This document shows, in pieces, positions 29,870 through 59,436 of a DNA stretch of 64,000 bases. The position numbers and the translations under genes were made by a program. Below the pieces are notes generated by a model. The model did no database searches. It was not told where the DNA came from and saw only the letters and a list, made by a program, of their open reading frames with translations. Position 1 is the stretch's first letter. Every line of letters begins with the position of its first letter. Source of the stretch: Octopus vulgaris (Eukaryota); NCBI GenBank assembly GCA_951406725.2, contig OX597828.1, forward strand, positions 54,870,001-54,934,000, written 5' to 3'.

Positions 29870-30039
29870 GTGGTAAGTAAATTTCCGTTGATCGAAGTTC
29901 ACCAAGTCATATTCGAGAGAAATCTCTAAGTCCATACCGATAAACTAAACAAAATATTCATTAATTATAGACTGATTCGACCGCTGCTTATAATGACAAG
30001 TTTATTCTCTTACCATGGTTCATATTTACTGTTAACTTA

Positions 30040-30222
30040 GGATCTTTTCCTTTTGATAGCCAGAGTTCAACACAATTTCTAGTTAACTAAACAATTTGAA
30101 ATTTCGTATACTGGTAGACTGTGTCAAAAGAAAACATTATTTTCACTTGGGTTTTTTGATAAATTTGTAATTTGTAAGTTTAACGTAGTTTAATTCTTCG
30201 AATTTTAACCAGGAAAAGATCC
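30040..30222. mobile_element. MITE with 11-bp TIR GGATCTTTTCC and 8-bp TSD TTAACTTA
   Basis: TTAACTTA|GGATCTTTTCC ... GGAAAAGATCC|TTAACTTA. Confidence 0.85.
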
Positions 30223-30838
30223 TTAACTTATGTTCACCGACAAAGACCTTCGGCTGGTAAATCGATGATGTGAAAGAAGCAAAAAAAAAAAACATACCAA
30301 TTCACAACCTGCGAAGATGTTATCCTATCGATCGGTCGGTTGTGACTTTGTAAACTTCTTTCGTACAATGTACACTATTGAATTGAATAATAATGTTTAC
30401 TATAGAATAGGGTTCGGCAGGCACTACCTTATGTCCGATTAAACGTTGTTTTTTGTCGCTTGAACAAATTACTTTATGTCTTTCAATATTTATATCAAGT
30501 AGAGTCACAACCCAACAAAAAGCTTCGTGCTAAATGGAAATAAACTCGACGTTTATTGTTCTGGAGGAGGGGATCATAGAATAAGCACCATTGAAGAAAT
30601 AAGTACCATTGAAGGGATGTAAAAAGGATCAAATGAGTTATGTCTTTTCTCGCAAAATTTGCCTTTAAACCTTTCATGGAAAAAAGTCGATATGTATTTG
30701 TGTTATTTCCTTTGTGAGCAAATCTCCCACAAAGCAACAAAGCTTCTTTTATTTGGGCTCTTTTTTTTTGTTTTGTTTTGTTTTTGTATAGCGTCAATCG
30801 TTTGTAACCATATTTACATATTAACAATAACGCTACCA

Positions 30839-30872
<34 letters not shown>

Positions 30873-31542
30873 CAACACCAATACTACAACCGACACCACC
30901 ACCACCGCCGCCGCCGCCGCCGCCACAATCGCCATCGCTACCCCCCCCCCAATACTACCACTATCACCACCACACCCATCACCACCAACAACAACAACAG
31001 CAATAGCATCATCATCATCATGATCATCAAAAATAACCATCAACGTTGCCAGCACCGCACCAACTGCTATCACAACTCCGAGCATTTTTTTTTCCTTTTT
31101 TTGCAATTTCCCCCTTTTTTTTTCCTACAGATAATGATTTCTTGCATAAGCACAAGGATAGGTGGACGAGGATAATCTTTAAAAGGGAAGAGGGTCTTAG
31201 GAAACTGAATCGATGTTGTGTACATTAGTAATATTTCTTACGGTAATTTTGGTGGGATTTCAATTCAGTTGTAAGAAGGGCAAAAACCAAACTCCATTAC
31301 TACAAAATGGTAAGGATGGTGTTCTACCGTTTCTGCCTTTCACACATCTTGAAATATTAGGAGACCAGAGTTGTTCGAGGCCTACAGACAGAAACAAACG
31401 AACAAATATCCACACGAGTCAGCGACGGAGCCTCAACGTGGTCACTGAAATTACTGGAAATAGCAGTGAAATATCTTCCAAACGTCGTACGCTCTTCGGT
31501 CAATAAGTAAGAAAAAGGATATACCAGATAGTATCGCCATGA

Positions 31543-31947
31543 TACTAGCGGTGTCATATGAAATTGTCACCCATAATTATGACCCTAGAATCGATCTATT
31601 GCATTTCAATCTATTTTAGATTTAGGGTTAGTTAGGGTTAGGGTTAGGGGTGTGGGAAAGGTATCTTTTTTTTCTTCACAAATGTAAATAAACCCAATCT
31701 GTTTCTTAAACGAGGGACATATTCATACGGCACAGAATGCTTTCACCTCAATAGACAGTAACTGATTGGTTAAAATTGCCGAAATGCAAGAATTTAAAGA
31801 CGAAATATGTTACAAACTACAGAATTTTCTCAAGAAAGCCAAGAGAAAATGATGTTTTATAAACACATTCTATCAGTATACGAAGTTTAAAATATTTTAG
31901 TTACCTAGAAATTATGTTAAAAACTGCCGTTCAAACCGAAAAGATCC
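31543..31947. mobile_element. Non-autonomous DNA element containing (TTAGGG)n; related to 30040 and 37346
   Basis: Ends GAAAAGATCC. About 350 bp shared with 37370-37716. Confidence 0.75.
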
Positions 31948-32159
31948 CAGGCTCGCTCCTCCCTATTCAGGGAGGTCGGCGGAGCGATCTTAGAGAGTAA
32001 TTGAGAGATGAGCAATTGATGTGGCTGAAAGAATGCAGTAATGACAAACAGGAGACGAATAACGATGGCAAAGGCTTAGAGATTTGGTAGCTGAAAAGGT
32101 TATAACTAACATGGTACCACACTTCTATGAATTTTCTCTGAATTATTATTACTTAACAG

Positions 32160-32605
32160 CAGGAGGAGGCGAGCTGGCAGAATCGTTAGTGCGCCGGGCA
32201 AAATGCTTAGCAGCATTTCGTCCGTCTTTACGTTCCGAGTTCAAATTCCGCCGCGATCGACTATGCTTTTCGTCCTTCTAAGGTCGATAAATTAAGTACC
32301 AGTCGAGCACTGGTAATTGATTAGTCCCCTCCCCCAAATTTTCAGGCCTTGTGCCTATAGTAAAAAGGATTATTATTTAACCGCAGGGCGGTGGGTCAGC
32401 AGAATCACTAGAAGATTGGAAAAAATACCTTGAAGTATTTGTTTCGTCTCTTCACATTCTGAGTTCAAAAGTCACCTAAGTTAAATTTGCTTTCATTCCT
32501 CTGAGTTCGATAAGATAAATAAAAAAGTGAACTTCTGGAATTGATTTAGTCCAGTAACCTTTTTCTCCAGACTTCTGGCCTTGTAATCTATACTAGAAGC
32601 AATTA
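32160..32605 (+). mobile_element. Two tandem SINE family B copies (second one diverged)
   Basis: Match to 6010-6222. Confidence 0.75.
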
Positions 32606-33028
32606 TTTCGTAACCGCCGTTAGACCGGCAAAATGAATATTCCGGCACAAATCTCCACCCAAAGATTCCAGTAAATCGGTGGTCTGCTATATATCATCCG
32701 AATGGTACATTTTGAATCAATTTCATATTTAATTTTACTTCCGTTCAAAGAAATCTTCAATTATAGTTTTAATACATTTCTTTTTTTTTCAGCAGCTTTT
32801 GTTGTTGTTGTCGGTATTAACATGAATGAATTCTAAATAAATCTAATTAACAATAATACCAAGATAATTAATAGTAATTAATTAGTTAATTAGGTCAATC
32901 TAATTTCATAGATATTTTGCCGAATTACAATCTGCCATTTCCCACGATTTAAACATTTGTCTGTTACCCCCCACCCCACCTCACAACGCACTAACTTTCT
33001 CTCTCTCTCTCTCAAGCACGCACGCACA

Positions 33029-33091
<63 letters not shown>

Positions 33092-33634
33092 GCATATACA
33101 CAAAGACAAACACGCAAATACACAACAAAAATTGGCAGCGAGTCTCAAAATAGCCGTTTGATGTGCTAGAAATAACAGCTAAATCTTTCTCAAATCGTAC
33201 CAGTTGGGTGGATCTGACTAATATAGTCCTAAATGCATAATATCCCAAAATATGACGGAATGGTCATAACTGGAACGCTTTTGATTACAGATTTACACAC
33301 ATATATACACATACATACGCACACGTACTGACAAATCTCTACAAATATTTAAACATACACATTCATCATCGTGTTACAACAATTCACTCACATACACCCT
33401 CACACAATATACTCGTACACCGAAACACTACTTTTCAATGTAAATATAATACATGAATATATGTGTATAATATATATGTATATTTATCTATGTGCGTATA
33501 CGTGTGTAAATATACATGCACATAAAAATATACATACACTCACACATATAACTATATGTGTGTGTGTGTATGTGTGTGTGTGTGTGTGTGTGTATGTTTG
33601 TGTGTGTGTGTGTGTGAGTGCGTATGTATGTATG

Positions 33635-33711
<77 letters not shown>

Positions 33712-33721
<10 letters not shown>

Positions 33722-34228
33722 GTTTAAGAGACAGAAGCAACTTAATCATCATTGAACGACATTATCTCATTATCCACGATAGGTACATATAGAACTAAAT
33801 ATTAAAATTATCAAAATTAATACTTTCAATTCTTATTCTAAATCATATATTTTACATTATGTAGACTACGCGCGTTTCATGACAATATATTCCTCTATAT
33901 TGCTGAAGTAGAAGGTCTCAAATACAATACCATATTATAATGATTATATTGCCAATCTTCAGGTCTAGATTATATGAACTTATTTTGCTATTTACATCCT
34001 ATATAAAGACATAAATTATATAACTAGAAGTTGTCGGAATAATTTTATTTTAGTAAATAATGAACAGAAGTCTATACAATGCAAAGTATATGATTTAGAA
34101 TAAGAATTGAAGGTATTGATTTTGATAATTTTAATATTTAGTCCTATATGTATCTATCGTGGATAATGTCGTTCAAGGATAATTGAGTTGCTTGAGGGTG
34201 ATTCTGTCTCTTAAACCTATCTATCTAT
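33712..34228. repeat. Imperfect inverted repeat, ~155-bp arms (33712-33867 / 34069-34228)
   Basis: The arms are reverse complements with scattered transitions and small indels. Confidence 0.9.
33862..33967 (-). ncRNA. Type I hammerhead ribozyme (Penelope-like), complete core
   Basis: Minus strand: TAGAC-CTGAAGA-t-TGGCAATATA...TATATTGTCA-t-GAAAC-GCGC-GTA|GTCTA. Stem I is a perfect 5 bp, stem II about 10 bp, and stem III is palindromic (ACGCGCGT). Confidence 0.75.
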
Positions 34229-34337
34229 ATATATATAATACAGTGAGTAATTCATTTTAGTACCACTAAATTGAACTTCTCTCCCCTGTGGACTTGGAAA
34301 TAACTTCTCTAATATTAATATTTATTTTATATGTATG

Positions 34338-34388
<51 letters not shown>

Positions 34389-34396
<8 letters not shown>

Positions 34397-35013
34397 ATAT
34401 TTCGGAATGGTCATATTGCCAGTTTAGCCAATAAAAACACACGCACTATATATTTGGTGTTATTTTGCTTCAGTGATATTTATTTTTTACATTAATCTTA
34501 ATCTTATTTCGGCCAAAGTTCTTTTTTTTTCTCGATTAGATTTATTATTATTATTACTAATATTGTTGTTATACATACATACAAGCATATGTAATGATAA
34601 TAATGGGTGGATGTAAACACATGAATAAAATTAGAACAAAAGCAACAACAACAAAAACAAAATACAAATTACAAGAATGTATATAACCAGAAGATACAAA
34701 TATTACAGGCATCCCCCCCACACACACACTAAATAAACATAGACGCACATAGAGATATAAGCATGCGCAAATGAAGACATACAATAGAAATACAAAATGG
34801 CTGACGGTTAGTAAGGAGAGACACAAGTAAGTGAGAAGAAAACAAAGGACCACTGATGCGGTCACAGGAGTGTGACGAAAGAACTTTGGCCGAAATAAGA
34901 TTAAGATTAATGTAAAAAATAAATATCACTGAAGCAAAATAACACCAAATATATAGTGCGTGTGTTTTTATTGGCTAAACTGGCAATATGACCATTCCGA
35001 AATATAACAATAT
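34389..35013. repeat. Near-perfect inverted repeat, ~135-bp arms (34389-34523 / 34878-35013) between (TA)n tracts
   Basis: Direct reverse-complement comparison. Confidence 0.93.
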
Positions 35014-35066
35014 CTGTTTCAACACACGACTTCACATAAAAAATCTTGCACAACAAATATTTAAAC

Positions 35067-35118
<52 letters not shown>

Positions 35119-35425
35119 CAGTTGTATACAGCCAACTTAACGTGACAGTCTCATAAAGGGAATTACACCACCACTCTTTAGCCCTAGGAAGCATCAACGC
35201 TTCCTGTCGGCCTTGACACATTTCCTGTGTTCTTATATTTGCAAAGGGGAGGCGAGCACCCCCAACAGCTAGGCCTACATCCAGATGCTTGTGTCTCCTT
35301 TGTAAATATAAGAACACAGGAAATGTGTCAAGGCCGACAGGAAGCGTTGATGCTCCCTAGGGCTAAATAGCGGTGCTGTAATTTCCTTTATGGGACTGTC
35401 ACGTTAAGTTGACAGTATACAACTG
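35119..35425. repeat. Inverted repeat, ~130-bp arms, ~45-nt loop, between (TA)n tracts
   Basis: CAGTTGTATAC..CCTTGACACATTTCCTGTGTTCTTATATTT / AAATATAAGAACACAGGAAATGTGTCAAGG..GTATACAACTG. Confidence 0.93.
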
Positions 35426-35480
35426 CCCTCTCGTTGCACCACTGCTTATATCTCTCTGAGATATTTAAAAATTTAATATT

Positions 35481-35516
<36 letters not shown>

Positions 35517-35551
35517 ATATATATATGTATATATATATATATTTATATTTA

Positions 35552-35677
<126 letters not shown>

Positions 35678-36796
35678 CATACATACATACATAATATATA
35701 TTGCGCAGGAGTAGCTGTGTGGTAAGTAGCTTGCTTACCAACCACATGGTGGTGCTGCTGCTGCTGTTGTTGGTGCTGGTGGTACTGCTGCTGGTGGTAG
35801 TGGTGCTAATGGTTGGAAGTGATGTTGACAATAGGGAGGAGGAGCGATGGTTGTGGTTGTTGGGGATGGTGATTATGATGGTGTGATGGTAGTAGTGGTG
35901 GTGGTGGTGGAGGAGGAGGAGGAGGAGGAGGAGGAGGAGGAAGTCTGATGGTGGTGGTGGTTGGTGATGATGACGACGAAAATGGCAACGACGACGACGA
36001 TGATGATGACGTTATGGTGGTGGTGGTGGTAGTAGTGATGATGTTAATTCTGATAATGATGATTCTTACACGACCGACTTTCCCTTGTAAACCCACAAAT
36101 TTGTTTTTCGTATATTTCACTGTCACAATAAGTATTCATTTCTTTCCATTTTATTTCTGAGAATCATAAATTTACAAATTTACATACAACCACCGAAGAA
36201 TATATTTCATTAAATCGACTCCAGTACTTCTCGGCTATTTATTTTAACTCTGCAATTATGAAAACAAACTCTTAACCTGACTGAACTTGAACTTTCGGAC
36301 AGTCGACTTAATCCGTAGACCTACTTCATTCCGGCCCCTGGACCTCGGATGACATGAGTAGAATTCGTTGCGTAATAAATATTCGAGACAGATCTCCGGT
36401 CTAATGATGCCTCCATCGCAGCAATCTAAGACACCTTGAAAGGGATCATAAGTACTGCGTTTTCGCTTCTAATAAAATGCGAAAATTAATTTTAAAAAAA
36501 GTCCTCTTAGGCGTTTGAAAGGTGACGTTTAGTCTTGGTTTCACATTTTGACACAAGGCCAGCAACTTCGGCAAAGGGGTTAACTTGATTACATCGACTC
36601 CAGTGTTCAAATGATGCTTATCTTAACGACCCCGAAAGGATGTCGGCAAAGTCGGCCTCGGTAGAATTCAAACTCTGCGCGAAACGATTAAGGGAAATAA
36701 CTCTATAAACATTTCGCAAAATAGTTACATCATCTCCCTTTATAATATAAAGATTTTCGTAGCCCAATTTGTGGAAGAAATAGCACACATATGATG

Positions 36797-36845
<49 letters not shown>

Positions 36846-37345
36846 AATTATTGTATACAGTGCTCAGGTGCACCATAACTTGTCAAAATTGCGTATAAAG
36901 TATATTCAGTAATGTACAAATGTCTGGAAAGCGAACAGTGTATGGAGTCAGATACATGCTTGCGTGTGTATGGAGAAAAATCAGGTGTAGTGTTGGCGTC
37001 AGGTGAATTATAGTCGACGCTCAAAGGTTTAGCCTTGTCTTACACGGTTTCATGTTTGAGAATTAGGTGAAGTGTATACATGTCTATGGTATACATGATC
37101 ATTTAACGAGTAAATAGTTCAGTCGTTGAGTTGATCCAATAAACTGCACATCCACGATGGAAACAGGCATGCATGTATGCATGCGCGCGTGTGTGTGTGT
37201 GTGCGCGGGCGTGTGCATCCATGTGTGCAGAGAGAAAAAGAGAGACAGTCAGATGAGGAGAAAGAGAGATACCGTCCAACTGTCCATTATTTTGGTGTTG
37301 AGTTCCAGACAAATTCAGATTGATGCCATAAATATCTGTAAATAA

Positions 37346-37716
37346 TTTTCGGTTTGACCGGCAGTTTTTTCTAGTGGTGTCATATGAAATTGTCACCCAT
37401 AAATATGACTCTAGAATCGATCTATTGCATTTCAATCTGTTTTAGAGTTAGGGTTAGGGTTAGGGTGGGGGGAAGGGTATCTTTTTTTTTTGTTCAGAAA
37501 TGTAAATAAACCCAATCTGTTTTTTAAACGAGGGACAAATCATACGGCACAGAATGTTTTCACCTCAATAGACGTCATTGATTGGTTGAAATTGCAGAAA
37601 CTGAAAAAAACAAACAAAAACAAATATCTTACAAACTATAGAATTTTCTCAATTAAGCCAAGAGAAAAAGATGTTTTATAAACACATTCTACCAGTATAC
37701 GAAGTTTAAAAGTGTT
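37346..37716. mobile_element. (TTAGGG)n-containing DNA element, second copy
   Basis: Matches 31543-31900. The left end TTTTCGGTTTGACCGGCAGTTTTT is the inverse of the 31947 end. Confidence 0.75.
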
Positions 37717-38219
37717 TCTGACATGTTTGGTTGCTTTTGATATGAAAACATCCTTGCAGCCAAAGTTAAAATCTCTCTCTCTTTTTCTCTCTCTGACGAA
37801 GAGCAAGGATCCAAACCGTTAGCGTCTTCACACTCTTACGCTAATTTAAACTTAACGAACTTATCTGTACAGCAACATTGTCAGATACTATCTTAATGAG
37901 ATTCTACGACATCAAAAGAGAAAAGGGCGATTGATAAAATTTGTGAGGTTACAGTGTGCGTCGGGGAGGTTCTTATGTTCCATGTAAAATCCTTCTTCTA
38001 AACATGTTTTTTAAAAGTAAGTCTCTTTTAATCTGTTTTTTTCTTTTTTTTATATCGTTTTTGGAAAAAGCCCAGTCTCGAAATGCGAAACATATCCCCT
38101 TCACTGTACACAAACTTATCTTTAATTTACGGATGTTGTAAATATGTCAGAATCTAGGAATATTAATGACAGGAAAATAAACTGGAGAAAGTTTTAGAAG
38201 GGAAACATTGGGAATTCAT

Positions 38220-38703
38220 AGAGTTACTTCCCTTGACAGAGGAGTAAGGAAAGTGTGAAAGGAAAGAGCGAGAGAGAAAAAGAGAGACAGAGAAGGAAAT
38301 GGGAAGAAGGTGAGGGTTTAAAAGAAAAGGAAAGGAAAAGAGGAAGGATGAGAAAAACAAGACAATAAAAAAAGGATTTAGAGAGACAGAGAAAGAGAGA
38401 GAGGTAGGGGAGAAAGAAAAGGAAAGAGGGAAAGGAGAGTGAGTGAAAGAGAGGAAAGGAAAGGTAAAAGTAATGAGTGAGGGAAAAGGCGAGTTACACA
38501 GGGAGGGAGTGAAAGAGAGAAAAGGAAAGATAAAGATAATGAGTGAGTGAAAAGGCGAGCGACACAGTAAGTAGAAGTGGTGGGAGGAAGGGGAGGAGAG
38601 TTCCAGGTTTTCAAAATGGCGACGTAAACAATTTATTTTTGCTTGAATTTAATGAAACTCAAATCGAACTGATTCGAACTGGAATGATTGTGCGATAATC
38701 GAT
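38220..38703 (+). promoter_or_regulatory. Probable promoter/5' UTR of the LRRC61-like gene: purine-rich tract followed by YY1-type motif CAAAATGGCGAC (38612-38623)
   Basis: The YY1 consensus AANATGGCG is common near metazoan housekeeping TSSs. The region retains CpGs and lies just upstream of exon 1. Confidence 0.55.
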
Positions 38704-54527
<15,824 letters not shown>

Positions 54528-56355
54528 ACACATTTTCATATTTTGATTTGTCCTCTCTAAATACCAATGACACGTGTCTGCTGTGGAGGTGGAGGTGGGA
54601 ATGGTGAAATTTATGGAAGAAAATCTAGAAATTCCTGTGTGATGAAGAACTGGGTGAAACTTGGAAGAATTTGGACTCAAGAAGGGCAGAAGCGGAAACA
54701 GTTTGGCATTTTATCCAATCCTGATTCATTTCTGTCAAATTGCTCTCTTCAGATGCATTCATAAGATTAAATATATTAGAATCCTTTCATCATTTTCTCA
54801 ATTTTGTTTTTAATTTACAAAGAAAGTTTAGTCCTGAGTCAGATTTCATTTTATACCGTTCTATAACCAGGCATTCCAGTCATGACTATCTCATGTTTGT
54901 ACACCTACAATTACATTGCTTAAAGTGTTCAATTGTAAGACTGTAGAGTGTCATATGAGGTAGATCGGGCTGCTATTTCTAGCAGTGTGAACGGCTGCAA
55001 AGGTTTTTTGAGAAGTTTTTAAATTAATTTAGAAGTTGTTAGTATTGATATATTCTCAATGAAGCTGATTTAGTTTTGTCTCTTGGAAAGGCATAAACAT
55101 CACTCTTTCACATTACTTCTTTTAATGATGCAAAACAGTACTCTTTCTTCATGTTGATAATCTCCTCAACAAGACACCATAAACATCACACAATCTCCCA
55201 GACTTTTAAAATCTTGACATCAGATGAAGAAAGAAATGAACAGCATAGAGGAAGAAGAGTTATAAAGAAGACCTCCTGACATGCTTAATCAACAGTGTGT
55301 GGTTTCAATTCCAAGTTAATATCAACCTACCACAGATCACTAATACAAGAGATCATATTTAAATAAAAAAAAGAAAAAACCTTTATCAAAATCTCATTAG
55401 CATGATAACAAGATCTCAGTTGACCAACATCAGCATAATATACAAAATATATGTAATTATATAATATACAAATATACAAAATATCAAATTACCAATATTT
55501 TATGAAAACCCCTACAAAATTTTCATTATATTAACTACTTGAAACACAGGCTTTGTAAAACATTTAAAGCTATTTTATTTGTCAGTTGGAAGGGCATGAA
55601 TGCCTAAAAGTCACATTTCCCTAAAATCTGAATATTCTTTTGTGTATATCAGTGCCCATTAAAAATCAAAGCATTCATATTCTAGATCACTCCACAACAT
55701 AACATACACATGTTTATCCTACTTCAAACACCTTTTGTTTTAATTTTTCGTTTCAACCTTCTACATTTTGAGTTCCAATTCTACCAAGACAGATTTAGTA
55801 TTTTCTTCATTTAGGATCACATCATTCCAGATCTAAGAAATTCTAGCAATAACAGTTCCAGCTGAAACTACATTACCCAGTGCATTCTTCCCTTTTTTAA
55901 GCTAATAAGGTGTATTTTCAGAAGGACTTGGCTGTTATTTTTGCACCTCATACAGGCTCTCACATTTACCAGTAATATAATCATCATCATCATCATCGTT
56001 TAACGTCCGTTCTCCATGCTAGCATGGGTTGGGACGGTTCGACCGGGGATCTGGGAAGCCAGAAGGCTGCACCAGGTTCCGGTCTTATCTGGCAACGTTT
56101 CTACAGCTGGATGCCCTTCCTAATGCCAACCACTCCGTGAGTGTAGTGTGTGCTTTTTACGTGCCACCTGCACTGTAGATGAATTAAATAAACTCTTTTG
56201 TAACCTGCAGTCAGCCATGGATCTATTCAACAGAACTTTAAATACACTTTTTAAAAAATACACATCCCATCGCCAAAATTCTTTCATGCGCATTTCATAT
56301 TTTGAATTGAAATATATATATATATGTAGAAGGTTGAAAAGGAACACATGAATTG

Positions 56356-56818
56356 ATATATATGGAAAATAAAGTCAAGCTAGAAAATGCTAAAATAATT
56401 TTATAAAAAACATTTCAGTACCGGTTTCAGTCATTGACTTTTCCAACTGTAAGTATGGAAAACAATTAAAGTTTGGAAAAATTAAAAGAAAAGTTTTTTA
56501 AAAGAATATTTGTAAAGTGTTCAAATACAAGGAGCATTTTTCTTGTTTCTGCCTGTTTCTGTCTCTCTTGTTTATTCTTGTGGGTTCAAGGTCGTAAGAG
56601 TAAACAAGAGACAAAAACAGGCAGAAACAAGGAAAATGCCCCTTGTATTTAAATACTATGTAAATATTCTTTTAAAAAAACTTTTCTTTTATTTTTTCCA
56701 AAATTTAATTGTTTTCCATACTTACAGTTGAAAAAGTGTCAATGACTGAAACCGGTACTAAAATGTTATTTAAAAATTATTTTAGCATTTTCTACCTCGA
56801 CTCTTTTTTCCATATATA
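56356..56818. repeat. Inverted repeat, ~225-bp arms, short loop, in TA-rich context
   Basis: Arms about 56356-56582 / 56593-56818, imperfect reverse complements. Confidence 0.92.
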
Positions 56819-59436
56819 CATATATATATATATATACATATATATACATACACATATATTACATACTCATGCTAGCATGGAAGGCAGACATTAAATGATG
56901 ATACACATGTATTTTGAAATAAAATTTTGAAAGGTTTAGTGCAGTTTTCTCTTTTATTTAATGAAATTAAATATATTATGCCACACCTTGTTATTGTTTA
57001 GTCCAAAATTAAACAGAGATCTTATCAAAGGTATTCCATGACCACCCTGTCATTTTAATGGTATCTAAGGAGTGTGATATTTTGACTTGCATATGACATG
57101 GATTAAAGTGAGGGAGGGTAGTGCAACATTATCTTCCCCACTCTCTCGTCCCTTCCTATGTGACTCCAGTGACAGGACAAAGTCAAGATGACCAGAGATA
57201 AGTCAGGATGCAGTGGATGGCTGTAGTGTCCTTTATGTCTTACTGTGCCTTGTTTGTGCTTCACAATGCTTGCTGGTCTGACCTCCTACTCATTGAACCA
57301 CGTCCAGTCTTTGCATGCATAGTTAGACAAACCCTAGCTCACCAACGGTTTGAAAGTGATTAGCAGCCCTCACTATGATTCAGGTGGCCTATGAGAGCCA
57401 TTGCATGGGGTGTCTGGACTGGGTAGTACCTTTGACTAGGAAATGCAGTGCTCTTCATAGTAGTTAGCCTGCTTTGGTCCTCACCTGATACCCAGCAAAG
57501 CTGAATGCATGCAAGTGGCTACACCCTGGTATCTAGGGCTACATCTTGTACATTATATCTTGTTCTCAATTGGATATTTTCAACAGAAAAAGAAGAGTTT
57601 TATAAAGTATCTTTTTATTTTGTCTGTCATTAGCCTTTTAGCATTTAAACCGGCCAAATGTAGCTCACATGCTCTATGTTTGAACTGGCCAGAAGACCAA
57701 GAAAAATGGAAGCTGTTATAGTAAGAGTAAAAATGTAAATTAATGAAATAATGAGGCTAATGAAGATTGGTTTCAAGAAGTTCCAGGTTGGATTTTTATT
57801 GGAAAAATCTCTCAAAAATATTTCTTCCATATTATTTTAAAACATTTTATAACAATGTGAAGAGAAGAAAGAAAAAAAATGCAAAATAAAAAGTAAATAA
57901 TAAATAAAGATTTGATGGAAAAGATGATGTGAAAAATGATTGACAGAAATTATTTCAGTAAAACTGTTAATTCCACTAAACCCTTCTGATATTTGTGATT
58001 TTAGAGTTCCTCCATCAGCATTTTAAGTTTGATTGAAAACTGAAAGACTAAAAAAAGAACCAAAAAATTCTTTTGCAAATCTTCAGATAAGATTGTCTTG
58101 GAGGTTCAATAAATCAAAAGTTCTGTGAAAACCGGTCTTATTCATTCTTTGAACTTCCATTCCTGTCGACACATTGGACACAATTGGTGGACCTGTTGTG
58201 AGTTGAGCCACTTCACTATGCAGTGGATATGGAAGCAGTGAGAACACTGACCCCACACTGAAAATACCAAAAATAACAATAATGATATTAGACATTTTAA
58301 ACAGAAATGAGAGAGAGGAACAGATCCATAGACAGGATTTAATACCAGTTTTATATCTTCAGTTCAGTGACAGTGTTACTGAAAACTAGAGAGCTGGCCA
58401 TTACAACATGGGAAAGTACCTGCTACTATAGCCCCAGGCCAAGAAATACTTTGTAATTGATAGATGAATATGATATGGAAGCAAGTAAGAGATATACGAC
58501 TCAGACTCTGCAAGTGGACTTCTATCATTTTTCTGTCTCAATTGACACATTATAATGGTAACCAATAATTTGTACTTAATGATTAATGAAATGTTCCCTC
58601 ATCTGTGACCCAGAAGAAATTATTTAACTCTTTTTAATACAAACTAACATAATACTATCTTGGTTCCATTGATGTGTTTCCAAATGCTCTTAAACCATAA
58701 GCCCTTAACCGTCTATCATTTAAACCAGCAATATCAGGCCCAAATATTCTAACTGTTTTATGTTCAAACTGGACAGATCTGGCCTTTCACACCTACCTTA
58801 CAATGTCATTCTAAAAATAAACAGTCACATCTTCAAAGTCTAGAAGCTGTGCTATAATGCAAGATAAATTCAAAACAAAGTGAATAAATAAGCATTATAT
58901 TTCAAAGAGTAATCTAAATGCTGAAGGGTTCAAATAATTCTGTGTAAGAACTTTTTGTTAAGTCATGTTCCAAACATCAATTTATCAGTGACAAAGTTTG
59001 ACACTTTACAAAATATTTCCAGATGTTTTAGGTTATTTTCAATATTTAACGAAAGACATGGCAGAATTTTTTAAATGCTTCTTCAAAGTGTGAACTATGG
59101 TTGATATGAAGCAACTGAACAGCTCAACTACTGGACCAGCAGTTCATAGACATTGGTGATCAAATCAAACTCAAACATGTTTTTATATCAACAAAAAGAC
59201 ATTTTAATATGTGGCTTGGTTTATTGGTCTATATAACTGTATAGAATAGAATAACTACAAGGATCTGTGGGAGAGAAGTCAACCAACAATAGGCTGGTAT
59301 CCTAGACGATAAAAACATTGTCTCATTCACTTGGTACACAACAGTCTTAATGTACTCCTGTCTTTGTGACAAAGTTAAAAACATTGTAGGGAAAGCATTT
59401 GAAAATATTCCCAGACTGTGGTTTAATTTCGTCAGT

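Noticed and set aside
31620-31650. Telomere or chromosome-fusion scar
   Set aside because: Only 3-4 TTAGGG units, internal to a repeated element.
58083-58295. 70-aa minus-strand ORF (and 59229-59447)
   Set aside because: No recognisable homology or convincing splice sites; more likely UTR-like sequence.
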